64,000 nt of DNA. It comes from an uncultured bacterium. Its GTDB lineage: Bacteria > CAYUVA01. Under the pieces are notes generated by a model that had not been told where the DNA came from, made no database searches, and was given only the letters and a program-made list of their open reading frames with translations. Below, one piece after another: positions 27,904-37,824 of this stretch (position 1 is the stretch's first letter; the number at the start of each line of letters is the position of its first letter). A program made the position numbers and the translations under genes. The stretch covers positions 14,689 through 78,688 of the forward strand of contig CAYUVA010000007.1 in assembly GCA_964448115.1 (NCBI GenBank). Direction: 5' to 3'.

Positions 27904-30566
27904 TTTTTAACATTCATGTAAGGCCAGAGTTCGCTCCAGGTAGCCTCATAATCGACTGCGCCTATCTCAAGTAGCGCTCGCACTGGTGATAAACCGCCGC
28001 CGAAATCGAAGAAGACGCCATATATATCATCATCCCTGCCAAAATCGTCCGAAAAGCCGTTGTCCTTGAGCTTTATCTGCGTATTTTGTCCCATGTAGAA
28101 TATATATGCTTCCTCAACGCCTGGCTCGATAAAGTCAAGGATTAAAGCGCGTAGATGAACAACACCGCCGCTAGCTGCATTGACCCGTGTCTCCCAGTAG
28201 CCTCCTAACATCACCACCGGTCCTGTAAATGCCGGCGTGGTCGGGGTTGGAGTCCTAGATGGGGTGAACGTAGCTGCGCCGGTATTTGTGGGAGTGCGGG
28301 TCGGGGTAGCTGGAGGCGGAGTCTTGGTCGGTGTCCTCGATGGAGTAAAGGTCGCTTGTCCAGTAGCGGTAGCGGTCGGCGTCCTGGTCCGGGTTGCGGT
28401 GCGAGTGCGGGTCGGGGTGGCAGTAACCTCGGCATAACTGATAGCATCCCTTATCTGCAGCTTGCCATAACCCCAGGCATGGTTGGGGGTAATGCCAGTG
28501 AAGGCATCCGATTTGGCTGTCTGTTGCATCATTATGGCAATATCGACCAATGACCTCTGCGGGTACTTCTGAAACATGAGGGTGTATGCGCCAGCTAAGT
28601 GCGCTGCTGCAAAGCTGGTGCCACCGCCGACCGTGTAGCGATACTGGCTCTCCAAGATCGAATGGCTGCAAGCTGAGATCACATCATAGTGCCCGGGACA
28701 GGCGAAATCGAGGCTCATGAAGCCATCGATGCGCGGTCCCTGGCTGCTGAAGTCGCTAAGTTGTCCGGGGAATGCCCTGGTGCTATAAGAGCCGGCAACA
28801 TCGGCTCCATCAGCCGTTGCCGGCCAGCAAACCGAGCCGGATGGATCTTGATAATTTGTAAATACAGTTGCCCCCTCGAATACTGCATGTTGATCAGTAA
28901 CCCAAGCCTCGAACGGCTCCGCGCTCCCCGCGTCGTTCTGCACGCTGAAAGTCCAGTTGCCGACCACTGTCGGATTAACATCCTTCTGGACATAAAGGAC
29001 GACCATGGAGGTGTTGCGCGATGAGACCTGGCTAAAGGAATAGATGATATAGCCATTCCATTGCTGAGGATTATTTTGCAAATCGAGTTCCCTGCTCCAT
29101 CCATTAGGTGCGGTGATCTGAAAATTCATCATGTTGGAGGGGCTGGTCCAAAGGAAGGTTACGATGAGGACTAGACCAGGATCGAGTGGACTTTGCCAAC
29201 CCGGCGGGGAATATATCTGCAGGTTCACGCTGCTATAGGCTGGCACGCTTCCGTGTGCATGTTTACCCCCGCTAGCAAAGTTGCCGCTGGGAAATACCTG
29301 TGGTATCTGCCGATTGTGGTAGTTATCGATCAAAGCCTCGAGATTGCTTGAGCCATCGTTGTACTGCAAGTGCGGCACAACCATTTGATGGCAAAAGACG
29401 CGAGCAGCCGATTCATCAGCCCACTGGAGTAGCCTAGGGTAATCATCCGTGGTGGAGAATAATCCGACCATGATCTCAGCACCGGGAGCAACGCCTACGA
29501 AGCGACGGTAACGGGGCATCTCTCCGGCGATCACCGAAGCCACGGCAGTGCCGTGCCCGGAGATATCCGAGGGCGTATCCAGCAGATCCTCGCCTCTCTT
29601 AAACTCATTGGTGGCATCGTAGTTCGCATAAATCTTGGATAATCCCAGCGGTATCAGCTTCTCGCCAACATCGAGCCGGTTGTTACCATTGGTATCCTTG
29701 ACCACATAAAGCCTTTCACCATAAGTGGGATCGTGCTCGCCATAGCCCTGCTCCACGCCAAAGTCCCTGAATCCATTATTGTTGGCATCGTTAAAAAGCC
29801 AGTCAACATCCGCAGTAAAGGTATTTATCGGGTTCGGCTCATAGTTATTGGCATCAAGGATCTTGCTCTCCCGATAGGAAAGTATCTCGCCGCTGTCAAG
29901 CATGCCGTTACTATTCTTATCCACCCCGTCCATGCCGGGATCGAATTGGTGGTTGCCGTTGACATCGAGCCAGTTAAGCTCAATATCCATGGGGAAGAAG
30001 AACGAGGGATGATAGACATCGATGCCCGTGTCAAAGATGGCGACTCGCATTGAAGTGCCATCGACCGGATTACCACCAGGATCAGTAACCTCCTCCCAGA
30101 CCTGGTCAGCCTGAAGCTCCGGGATGCTTTGGTTGAGTGGCTGGTAGAATACCGGGGTCCAGGAGGTCTCGATGCGCTCTATTTCCTCAATGCCAGCTAG
30201 CGTTTCAAGAATATTCAATGGAGCCCTGGCGATCGCGATATTTCCTGCCAGGTAGATTTTATCATCCGAGCGAGAGAACTTGATCCCGATATCCTCAAGT
30301 AGAGATTCTATCTGCGGGGTAGGGGGCTGCTTGAAGCGGATGGTAACATCGATCTCATCGGTGGAGGGCAAAAAATCAGATCTCATACCCGCCTTGTGAA
30401 AGGCGAGTATCAACTGGAGGCTGGGACCGAATACATTGCTATCGGCTTGATGCTCAGTAGCCATTGTTGGGGGCATAACAACAAAGAGTATAATTATACA
30501 AAAAACGAAACCGGCACCTTTTTTCCATTTATGTCTGTATTCTTTTCTACCAGATCTCATGGTCAA
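27900..30566 (-). CDS. Secreted subtilisin-like (S8) serine peptidase with dockerin/EF-hand-like calcium-binding loops, a PT/TR-rich linker and the shared C-terminal domain.
   Basis: A signal-peptide-like N-terminus is followed by the catalytic triad in D-H-S order (VAIFDTGID, GHGTAVASVIAG, GTSFAAAHLAG). Dockerin/EF-hand-like loops are DVNGNHQFD, DANNNGFRD and DTNGNNRLD. The linker TATPTRTRTATRTRTPTATA...TPTPTTP is followed by GGYWETRVNAASGG...LWPYMNVKN. Confidence 0.8.
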   Translation of the reverse strand: MTMRSGRKEYRHKWKKGAGFVFCIIILFVVMPPTMATEHQADSNVFGPSLQLILAFHKAGMRSDFLPSTDEIDVTIRFKQPPTPQIESLLEDIGIKFSRSDDKIYLAGNIAIARAPLNILETLAGIEEIERIETSWTPVFYQPLNQSIPELQADQVWEEVTDPGGNPVDGTSMRVAIFDTGIDVYHPSFFFPMDIELNWLDVNGNHQFDPGMDGVDKNSNGMLDSGEILSYRESKILDANNYEPNPINTFTADVDWLFNDANNNGFRDFGVEQGYGEHDPTYGERLYVVKDTNGNNRLDVGEKLIPLGLSKIYANYDATNEFKRGEDLLDTPSDISGHGTAVASVIAGEMPRYRRFVGVAPGAEIMVGLFSTTDDYPRLLQWADESAARVFCHQMVVPHLQYNDGSSNLEALIDNYHNRQIPQVFPSGNFASGGKHAHGSVPAYSSVNLQIYSPPGWQSPLDPGLVLIVTFLWTSPSNMMNFQITAPNGWSRELDLQNNPQQWNGYIIYSFSQVSSRNTSMVVLYVQKDVNPTVVGNWTFSVQNDAGSAEPFEAWVTDQHAVFEGATVFTNYQDPSGSVCWPATADGADVAGSYSTRAFPGQLSDFSSQGPRIDGFMSLDFACPGHYDVISACSHSILESQYRYTVGGGTSFAAAHLAGAYTLMFQKYPQRSLVDIAIMMQQTAKSDAFTGITPNHAWGYGKLQIRDAISYAEVTATPTRTRTATRTRTPTATATGQATFTPSRTPTKTPPPATPTRTPTNTGAATFTPSRTPTPTTPAFTGPVVMLGGYWETRVNAASGGVVHLRALILDFIEPGVEEAYIFYMGQNTQIKLKDNGFSDDFGRDDDIYGVFFDFGGGLSPVRALLEIGAVDYEATWSELWPYMNVKN

Positions 30567-30605
30567 CTCCTGTATGAATTGCTGCTTATTATCTTAGCTC
30601 GAATC

Positions 30606-31643
30606 TTAATCAGTTTCAAAGGCTCCTGGGATAGTCTCGCTGTACGGCGGATTCAAGACTCCCTTCTCGGTTACGATAGCGGTAACCAGGCTGTTTGGAG
30701 TTACATCAAAAGCTGGATTCAGCAGCTTAGCTCCTTCGGGCACAATTAACTTTCCATTAATATGAGATACCTCAAAGGTTGTCCTTTGTTCTATGGGTAT
30801 ATCAGCCCCGCTTGCTGTTTTTGTATCAATAGTTGAAAGAGGTGCCACCACATAGAACGGGATGCCAAAGTTCTTAGCAAGTATAGCCAGGCTCATGGTG
30901 CCGATCTTGTTTGCCACATCTCCGTTGGCGGCAATGCGATCAGCACCGACTATGACAGCATCGACCTTTCCCTGCTTCATCATCCAGCCAGCCATGTTAT
31001 CGCAGATAACGGTAACATCCACGCCATTCTCCATAAGCTCCCAGGCGGTGAGGCGCGCCCCCTGTAAGAATGGTCGAGTCTCATCAGCCAGCACCTTGAT
31101 ATCCTTGCCCATCTCTCTTGCTGCATAGATGACGCCAAGGGCAGTGCCATAGCCAGCAGTGGCCAAAGCGCCAGCATTGCAGTGGGTCAAAACGCAACCT
31201 GGTGATGGCAGCAGCTCAGCGCCGTGCATGCCCATAGCTTTGTTCGTTTCTATATCATCGTTAAGCATTTTGATTGCGAGCGCTTCTATTGATTCCTTCA
31301 GCTCGGCGATACTTTTATCCTTATTATGCGCTACATGGGATTGAATGGCTTCTATAGCCCATCGCAGATTGACCGCTGTAGGACGGACATTCAACTCATC
31401 GCAAACCTTATCGAGCTGTCTCTTGAAATCATCGTAATCATCCGCCTTGATCTGCCTTGCGCCCAAAGCGATCCCTAAAGCAGTGGCACAGCCGATAGCC
31501 GGCGCTCCGCGAATAACCATCTCCTTGATAGCCTCGGCAACCTGAAGATGGGTGGTATATTGGTTGTAGATCACCTGGTTGGGTAGCTTCCTTTGGTCTA
31601 TCATTATCACCTTCGAGTCTCGATAGCTTATGGTCTCGAACAT
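30606..31643 (-). CDS. mtnA: S-methyl-5-thioribose-1-phosphate isomerase (eIF-2B alpha/beta/delta family).
   Basis: A 345-aa protein with MtnA/e2B-family features (GAPAIGCATALG, GADRIAANGD). Confidence 0.7.
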   Translation of the reverse strand: MFETISYRDSKVIMIDQRKLPNQVIYNQYTTHLQVAEAIKEMVIRGAPAIGCATALGIALGARQIKADDYDDFKRQLDKVCDELNVRPTAVNLRWAIEAIQSHVAHNKDKSIAELKESIEALAIKMLNDDIETNKAMGMHGAELLPSPGCVLTHCNAGALATAGYGTALGVIYAAREMGKDIKVLADETRPFLQGARLTAWELMENGVDVTVICDNMAGWMMKQGKVDAVIVGADRIAANGDVANKIGTMSLAILAKNFGIPFYVVAPLSTIDTKTASGADIPIEQRTTFEVSHINGKLIVPEGAKLLNPAFDVTPNSLVTAIVTEKGVLNPPYSETIPGAFETD

Positions 31644-31860
31644 AGAACTCTCCTTGTTAAAAGAGTGCGATTAGCATTTTAATCTCTCTTTTTTTCAATC
31701 GATGTTATCTATAAACAATTTAGCTGCGGGTGTCCATATCAATCCTGCTTTAATAATGAAAAAGCCAGTGGTCTGCGCCTTGAATTAGCTAAATGAATAT
31801 CTATACTAATCAGGAAAAATAAAAATATTGTCTTCCATAACAAAAAAAAGAAGGAATGAT

Positions 31861-32370
31861 ATGAACAAGAAGATTATAGCGGTTTATCCGGGCACATTCG
31901 ATCCCATAACGAACGGACATCTGGATGTTATCCGAAGGGCTGTGAAGATCTGCGATACGCTCCATGTAGCCGTGGTGCAGGTCAGCTCTAAAAAGACACT
32001 GTTCAGCTCCGAGGAAAGGGCGCAGATCATCAAGGAAACCCTCAAGCAGAGCGATATTGACCAAGTCAAGGTTGAGACATTCTCCGGGCTGCTGGTAGAT
32101 TATGCCAAGAAAGTCGGCGCCAGCTTTATTGTGCGGGGGATCAGGGCATTCTCCGACTTCGAATACGAGTTCCAGATGGCGCTGATGAACAGGAAACTCA
32201 ACCCGAATATAGAGATCCTGTTCATGATGCCCAGCGAACACCTCTCCTATGTCTCAGCCAAGCTGGTAAAAGAGGTGGCGTTTCATGGCGGTAATGTCGC
32301 TGACCTGGTGCCAGAAACGGTGCTTAGACGCATCAAGGAGATTTATGCTAGCGGGGAGCTGAAGCCATAG
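31861..32370 (+). CDS. coaD: Phosphopantetheine adenylyltransferase.
   Basis: AVYPGTFDPITNGHLDVI is the CoaD signature. The ATG at 31861 has a GGAATGA Shine-Dalgarno upstream, so the ORF-table start at 31828 is probably over-extended. Confidence 0.85.
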   Translation: MNKKIIAVYPGTFDPITNGHLDVIRRAVKICDTLHVAVVQVSSKKTLFSSEERAQIIKETLKQSDIDQVKVETFSGLLVDYAKKVGASFIVRGIRAFSDFEYEFQMALMNRKLNPNIEILFMMPSEHLSYVSAKLVKEVAFHGGNVADLVPETVLRRIKEIYASGELKP

Positions 32371-32438
32371 GATTGTTAGGGTAGATTCCCTTTTTAATCC
32401 TTTTTTACTTTGTGCCTTGGTGGTTCTATAACCCTTAC

Positions 32439-33653
32439 TTAAAACGGTAGTACCCTGGTCAGGTAGAAGTAGGGCAGGAACATCGATAGAGCGATGAAGG
32501 CGACTATCAAGCCGACCGCAACCGTAATGAACGGCTCAATCAACGTTGCCACAGTATTAACCAGGTTGTCTATCTCCTTCTGATAGCTCTCGGTGATGCG
32601 TCTGAATACGGAGAGCATGTTGCCGGTCTCCTCGCCGACCGAGATGATATCTACCACCATGTCAGGGAAGATATACTCGTTTCTGAGCTGTTCTGCCAGT
32701 GTGCGCCCATCCTCCAGGGTCCTGATACCCCTCTCCAGAGCCTCCTGTAGCACGACATTGTTCGCTGCATCCTTGGCTATGCGCAGGCTGGTGATAAAGG
32801 GCACCTTTGCTGTGAGCATGGTCTGCATTAGTTGAGCGAATCGATAGATGGCAAGGTCGCGCGAGATCCTCCCTATGATTGGCAGATGTATCCCGATTCT
32901 CTGTGCCAGTGAGCGACCGGCACGAGCATGGAAAAACCATCGCACTACGAAAATCAGGATGATTATGATTATGAACATGAGAATCGAATGCCCGGCAAAG
33001 AAGTCTCCGAAACCGAGGGTCAACCGGGTGGGCCAGGGGAGGTCAGCCTGAACCGTATCGTAAACCTGTCCGAAGGTGGGGACCACGAAGATCATCAAGA
33101 AGAAAAAGGCGATGATTGCAGCGGTCAAAGTGAGGAGTGGATACATCATTGCACTGGAGATCTTCCCCCGTATCGATTCGTCGTTCTCGATGTAATCGCC
33201 GAGGATCTGGAAGGAATCCTTGAGGACGCCACCCGCCTCTGCTGCCTTTATGGTGTTGACATAAAACTCATCGAATACCCGATGATGCCGAGCCATGGCG
33301 CTTGAGATAGATGTTCCGCGCTTTACCAGGTCGGAGATATCTGCGATGGTCTTTTGCAGGTTAGGGTTTGTTATTCGATAAGCCATGATCTCCAATGCCT
33401 TTGCAGGCGCTACACCGACCGATAGCAATAGAGACATCTGGTGTGAGAACATGGCTAGCTCCTTGCGGCTCGCTCCGCCGAAGATATCTCGCCGCCAAAG
33501 CCACCGAAGACCGCGCCTGGGCTGAACTTTTGTTTTATGAAGGGAGTTCTCTATCTCCATGCCCAGTACCTGGGATTGTCCCAGCTTTTCCTTCAGGGCT
33601 TTCTGTACATCCTTTTTAGCCTCGTCCTTGGGACCTTCTTGCTTTTTACCCAT
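32439..33653 (-). CDS. Type II secretion / type IV pilus platform protein (GspF/PilC family).
   Basis: Two GspF repeats on an inner-membrane platform topology, with a C-terminal IISVGEETGNMLSVFRRITESY motif. Confidence 0.8.
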   Translation of the reverse strand: MGKKQEGPKDEAKKDVQKALKEKLGQSQVLGMEIENSLHKTKVQPRRGLRWLWRRDIFGGASRKELAMFSHQMSLLLSVGVAPAKALEIMAYRITNPNLQKTIADISDLVKRGTSISSAMARHHRVFDEFYVNTIKAAEAGGVLKDSFQILGDYIENDESIRGKISSAMMYPLLTLTAAIIAFFFLMIFVVPTFGQVYDTVQADLPWPTRLTLGFGDFFAGHSILMFIIIIILIFVVRWFFHARAGRSLAQRIGIHLPIIGRISRDLAIYRFAQLMQTMLTAKVPFITSLRIAKDAANNVVLQEALERGIRTLEDGRTLAEQLRNEYIFPDMVVDIISVGEETGNMLSVFRRITESYQKEIDNLVNTVATLIEPFITVAVGLIVAFIALSMFLPYFYLTRVLPF

Positions 33654-33661
33654 AGTGCCTC

Positions 33662-35836
33662 CTATAGGATTATCTCCTTGAGTACTTCCTCTGGAGTTGT
33701 TATATGTTCAATGATTTTCCTAAGACCGTCATCTTTAAGGGTTATCATTCCGCCATCGATAGCGGCTTTATTGAACTCTTCCTCGCTGGCGTTAGCAAGG
33801 ATGAGTTTTCTGAATTCTTCGTTTATGACCAGGATCTCGAAGAGCCCGGTCCTTCCCTGGAAGCCCGTGTAAAAACAGGCTGAGCAACCAGCTCCTCTTG
33901 CCAGCTCCAAATCGCTTTTTTCATCCAGCCCGAGACCCTTTAATAGTGCAGGCTCCGGCTTGTATGTCTCCTTGCAGTTAGGGCAGATCCTGCGCACCAG
34001 GCGCTGAGCGACCACACCGATAACCGAGTTGGCGATGAGATACCTCTCGATCTTGAGGTTTGATAACATCGTGATAGCGCCAATAGCGTTGCTGGTATGG
34101 AGTGTGGAGAATACGAGCTGCCCGGTCAATGCAGCCCAGACGCCAACCATGGCAGTTTCCGGAGTTCGTATCTCACCGATCATGATTACATCCGCATCCT
34201 GGCGCAAGATCGCCTTCAAGCCCTGCGGAAAGTCCAGATCGATCTCAGGATTGACCTGCACCTGGGTAATGCCCGGAATCCTGTACTCGACCGGATCCTC
34301 GATGGTTACAATGTTTGTATGAAGAATATCAAGCTCATTCAGGCAGGCGTAAAGGGTGGTGGTCTTTCCGCTGCCGATAGGTCCGGTTACCAGTATCATG
34401 CCATTAGGTTTGGATATGAGACCCATGAGCGTATGGTATGAGTCCTTGCTCAGTCCGAGCTGCTTGATGCCAGTGAGGACCCCACCTTCTTTGAGGATGC
34501 GAAGAACCAGCTTCTCGCCCATGTAGGTGGGGAGTGTTGCTACCCTAAGATTGAACTTGTCCTCGCCGACATCAAGGCTCAGGTGTCCATCCTGGGGGCG
34601 TCTTTTCTCGGTGATATTGAGGTCAGCCAGGACCTTGATGCGGGAGAGTACCGCAGAGGTCTGATAATCGGGAACCTCCATTGCGTCATAGAGCACCCCA
34701 TCGATTCGATACCTGATTCGCAGCCCTTTTTCCTGTGGCTCGAAGTGGATATCGGTGGCACGAGCGTTGATGCCTCCCTCTATAATGCTAACCACGAGGT
34801 TGACCGCCGATGTCTCTATAGCGGTAACCGGCTGGTATCCAACCTTAGGTTCTTGTGGCTCTTCGGTGGATTCCACTGCTTGTTCGATGCCCTCGTAAGC
34901 AACCTGTTCTTGAGGTATCGCTTTTTTCATCATCTCCTCGGAGAAGAAGTGCTCGATGGTAGCTTCGATATACTCGTCGTTTGCAAGGCATGGCTTGATC
35001 TCAGCGCCGGTCGAAAAAGCTATATCGTTTATAACTTTGTCCTTGAAGGGATCTGCCATGGCGAGCTTTATAATGCCGGCGTTCTTGGAGATGGGTATGA
35101 CCTTATGTTCCCTGGCTATTGTTTCTGGAATACTATAAACGGCTGCTGGGTCCAGATCTTCGATAACGATGCTGACAAAGGGGATGTTCATATATTTCTC
35201 CATCATTGAGGGTATCTCATCCGGATTGATTATCCCCTTGTCGATCAGGTACTTGATCCTGGTTCCTTTTTTACCTTTGGCGAATTTCTCAGCAGCGGTT
35301 CTTTGTCGTTTGGTGATCACCTTGGTCTGCAATAGGATATCAGCAAAGGCACTGTCCTGCTCCTCGGATGCCCTTGTTTGAAGTGAATATCGATAAAGCT
35401 CGGCGATCTTGGAAGGAGGAACATACTTCAGGTTTATAAGTGTACGCCATAGCGGATGGCCGGTACGCTTGGACTCGTCCATAGCATAATGAAGTTGATA
35501 CTCGCTGATGAAGCCCTTTTCAACTAGAAGCTCGCCGAATTCCTTGTCAGACTGCTCACCCTTTTGCAGGGCGACCTTAATCTCTTCATCGCTGAGCAGC
35601 CCGATCTCCTGGAGCAACTCATTCAGCTCTCGCCGTTTGGTTCCCGCAAAGGGTATAGGCACCTCGTAGGACATAAGCTCTTTTAGCGCATCAATGCTAA
35701 CATCCTTCTTGAGGATCTGCATCAAGGATTTGGGTCGTTTTTCGATCTCGGTCAGCGCTTTTTCCAGGGTCTCTTTTGATATGAAGCCGAGATCCTTGAG
35801 CAGCTCCATCAGCCTTGTCTCTTTAGTCTGTGTCAT
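33662..35836 (-). CDS. Type II secretion / type IV pilus assembly ATPase (GspE/PilB family) with an N-terminal MshEN-like putative c-di-GMP-binding module.
   Basis: Walker A is VTGPIGSGKTTTL, and a C-terminal tetra-Cys knuckle is CPNC...CSAC. The N-terminus carries three copies of the MshEN 24-aa motif (RLMELLKDLGFISKETLEKAL, RRELNELLQEIGLLSDEEIKVALQKGEQ and FGELLVEKGFISEYQLHYAMDE). The last two are separated by a 4-5 aa spacer, as in MshEN. Confidence 0.8.
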   Translation of the reverse strand: MTQTKETRLMELLKDLGFISKETLEKALTEIEKRPKSLMQILKKDVSIDALKELMSYEVPIPFAGTKRRELNELLQEIGLLSDEEIKVALQKGEQSDKEFGELLVEKGFISEYQLHYAMDESKRTGHPLWRTLINLKYVPPSKIAELYRYSLQTRASEEQDSAFADILLQTKVITKRQRTAAEKFAKGKKGTRIKYLIDKGIINPDEIPSMMEKYMNIPFVSIVIEDLDPAAVYSIPETIAREHKVIPISKNAGIIKLAMADPFKDKVINDIAFSTGAEIKPCLANDEYIEATIEHFFSEEMMKKAIPQEQVAYEGIEQAVESTEEPQEPKVGYQPVTAIETSAVNLVVSIIEGGINARATDIHFEPQEKGLRIRYRIDGVLYDAMEVPDYQTSAVLSRIKVLADLNITEKRRPQDGHLSLDVGEDKFNLRVATLPTYMGEKLVLRILKEGGVLTGIKQLGLSKDSYHTLMGLISKPNGMILVTGPIGSGKTTTLYACLNELDILHTNIVTIEDPVEYRIPGITQVQVNPEIDLDFPQGLKAILRQDADVIMIGEIRTPETAMVGVWAALTGQLVFSTLHTSNAIGAITMLSNLKIERYLIANSVIGVVAQRLVRRICPNCKETYKPEPALLKGLGLDEKSDLELARGAGCSACFYTGFQGRTGLFEILVINEEFRKLILANASEEEFNKAAIDGGMITLKDDGLRKIIEHITTPEEVLKEIIL

Positions 35837-35850
35837 TTTATATAATCGTA

Positions 35851-36765
35851 TTAAAAGTAATGCATGTAACTTGCCAGGGGTGCCTCATCGTAGCCGTAAA
35901 ACACCTTGCTCCATGGGGAGATGGAGACATCATAGACCACCACCACTCTCTCTTTGGATGCGCTTTTGCTGGTTGGATAAGACCCTTCAGCGACTATCTT
36001 GTAGTAGGCTGAGTTGAACTTTAACAAGGATAGCTGCTGATCGTTGAGCGTGAAGTCGAAGTTGCCTGGCTGGTTGAGAAGTTTCAGATCACCGATGTAA
36101 ACATCATCAGAAGTGAACGGCTTTCTGTCTGCGCCGTTGCGATAAGCCACTATCTGTGCGGACTGCGAGGGGAGGATCTTCAAGGTGGCGGTTATCACCT
36201 CGGCAGGGGCAGCATTGATATCGATGGCTGCATCGCCCCAGACCGTTATCCACTTCATGACATAGGCGGGGAGTTTGCCCTTGGTAACCTGTTGCTGCAA
36301 GTATGACTCTACTGCGCGCGGGGAAATACTTTGACGATCAGCAATAATGGTGTTGATGATATGCTCGGAGAGTCCGGGGATGCGCATCATGGAATCCTTG
36401 TCCGCATACATGATGTTCAGCTTGGCATCCTCGTTGGTGATGCCCAAGCCTAACTCCTCGATCCCATCGGCGATGACCTTGAACTTAACAAAGTCGTCCT
36501 CTATATCTCCCGCAAGCTTGGGGCTGGTGATCAAAACTCGATGCGTATTGTCGGCTGCCAGCATATCCTTGAGCGTTTCCACGGCGGTCTGGCAGCCAGC
36601 ATAAGCAGCATAGCGGCATTTTATCTCATCGCCGCTGGCAGCAACTCGATTCCCCCAGCGCAAGGAGTCGATCTGCAGCACTCCGGCGATACCGAACAGG
36701 GCGATGAGCAAAAATATGGCCAATATTATTGTTGATCCATGGTTATTTCTTATTGTATTCATCAT
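35851..36765 (-). CDS. GspK-like minor pseudopilin.
   Basis: An N-terminal TM helix is present. GITNEDAKLNI matches the GspK DE.gKLNiN motif, and IDINAAPAEVITATL is HhH-like. The ORF is adjacent to the pseudopilin genes and its stop overlaps the next start. Confidence 0.55.
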   Translation of the reverse strand: MMNTIRNNHGSTIILAIFLLIALFGIAGVLQIDSLRWGNRVAASGDEIKCRYAAYAGCQTAVETLKDMLAADNTHRVLITSPKLAGDIEDDFVKFKVIADGIEELGLGITNEDAKLNIMYADKDSMMRIPGLSEHIINTIIADRQSISPRAVESYLQQQVTKGKLPAYVMKWITVWGDAAIDINAAPAEVITATLKILPSQSAQIVAYRNGADRKPFTSDDVYIGDLKLLNQPGNFDFTLNDQQLSLLKFNSAYYKIVAEGSYPTSKSASKERVVVVYDVSISPWSKVFYGYDEAPLASYMHYF

Positions 36766-37361
36766 TATTTTGTCAGGTCTATAAAAAGTTCAACCGGTAG
36801 GGTAGCATTACCCCATCTATCTAGGATCACATCCATGCTGAGCGTGATCTGATCCATCGGTTCGCCCACACCTGGCTTGATCTCCAGGTTTTTAGCCCCG
36901 TTTTCGAGCATGGCTATAGGCTTGGATAGCTTACGATTTTCCTTATCGTACAAGAACCTATAGATATCGGTCTTTTCGACTTTACCTTTTCCATCTCCTT
37001 TGGTGAAAAGATAGACCACCTCCCAGTTCAAAGGGGGTGATGGTACAGCAGAAGCCGGGATATAGCTCACCTGTGGCACCTGAGCGCGGATGGTAGTCCC
37101 CTTGTGCTCCTTGCCCTGGAAGCTCAGCTTCTCGGCCTCTACTTTAATGCTGCCAAGCGACATCTCCATATCGTCCTTGAAGAGCTTGACAAACCGGGCG
37201 GTCGCCTCCCGGGCAGCGGTCGCCTTCTTATGCCGGTTATAAAGCCCGTTTGTCCTTATGTAAAAGCCAAACGCGGTCAACAAAAACAGCGACAGAATGG
37301 AGATGGCTATTAGTATTTCGAGCAGCGTGAAACCTTTATTATGGGGTACTCTTCTTCTCAT
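36765..37361 (-). CDS. Prepilin-type N-terminal cleavage/methylation domain protein (GspJ/minor-pilin-like).
   Basis: KGFTLLEILIAISILSL is the class III signal peptide and N-methylation motif. Confidence 0.75.
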   Translation of the reverse strand: MRRRVPHNKGFTLLEILIAISILSLFLLTAFGFYIRTNGLYNRHKKATAAREATARFVKLFKDDMEMSLGSIKVEAEKLSFQGKEHKGTTIRAQVPQVSYIPASAVPSPPLNWEVVYLFTKGDGKGKVEKTDIYRFLYDKENRKLSKPIAMLENGAKNLEIKPGVGEPMDQITLSMDVILDRWGNATLPVELFIDLTK

Positions 37362-37364
37362 CGG

Positions 37365-37766
37365 TTACCTTCCCAGTGAATATCTCGATACGAGGTTATA
37401 AAACTCCTTGCCATCGTTTCGCTTTATGGTTATTGAGATCTGGTAAAGATCATCCTTCACCTTATCGATCTTCCTTTCCCAGATAAACTCGGTAAAACGC
37501 TTATCATCGCGCCAGTTGAAATCGCCTCTTTGCTTTATGGGCAGAGTTTGATCACTGACGATATCGCCAAGATTCCTAAAGGTCATCTCCATGGCGTTCT
37601 GGGCGAGCATTATCGCCTGTAATTTAAGCTGGGAGTGGCTGGAGATATTCATCGCAGACACGATCATGGTCGCAAGCGCGGAGATCCCCACTCCCATGAT
37701 CACCACTGCAACAAGGATCTCTACCAACGAGAAACCTTCTTCGTTATTAATGAGTAATGCTTTCAT
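37365..37766 (-). CDS. Prepilin-type pseudopilin (GspI/GspH-like).
   Basis: EEGFSLVEILVAVVIMGVG is a prepilin-peptidase site, in a 133-aa protein. Confidence 0.75.
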   Translation of the reverse strand: MKALLINNEEGFSLVEILVAVVIMGVGISALATMIVSAMNISSHSQLKLQAIMLAQNAMEMTFRNLGDIVSDQTLPIKQRGDFNWRDDKRFTEFIWERKIDKVKDDLYQISITIKRNDGKEFYNLVSRYSLGR

Positions 37767-37824
37767 GGCATCGCTTCTATTTTTAAGGTTGCTATTATCC
37801 TACTCAAGCTGAGTCAACTATTTA

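Noticed and set aside
28211-28671. Several Arg/Pro/Gly-rich ORFs on both strands within the subtilase gene.
   Set aside because: They arise from the GC-rich PT/TR-linker codon repeats, sit in the alternative frame of a well-supported CDS, and have low-complexity composition.
34583-35209. A 208-aa ORF antisense to gspE.
   Set aside because: It is contained within the GspE ATPase gene on the opposite strand and has no motifs.
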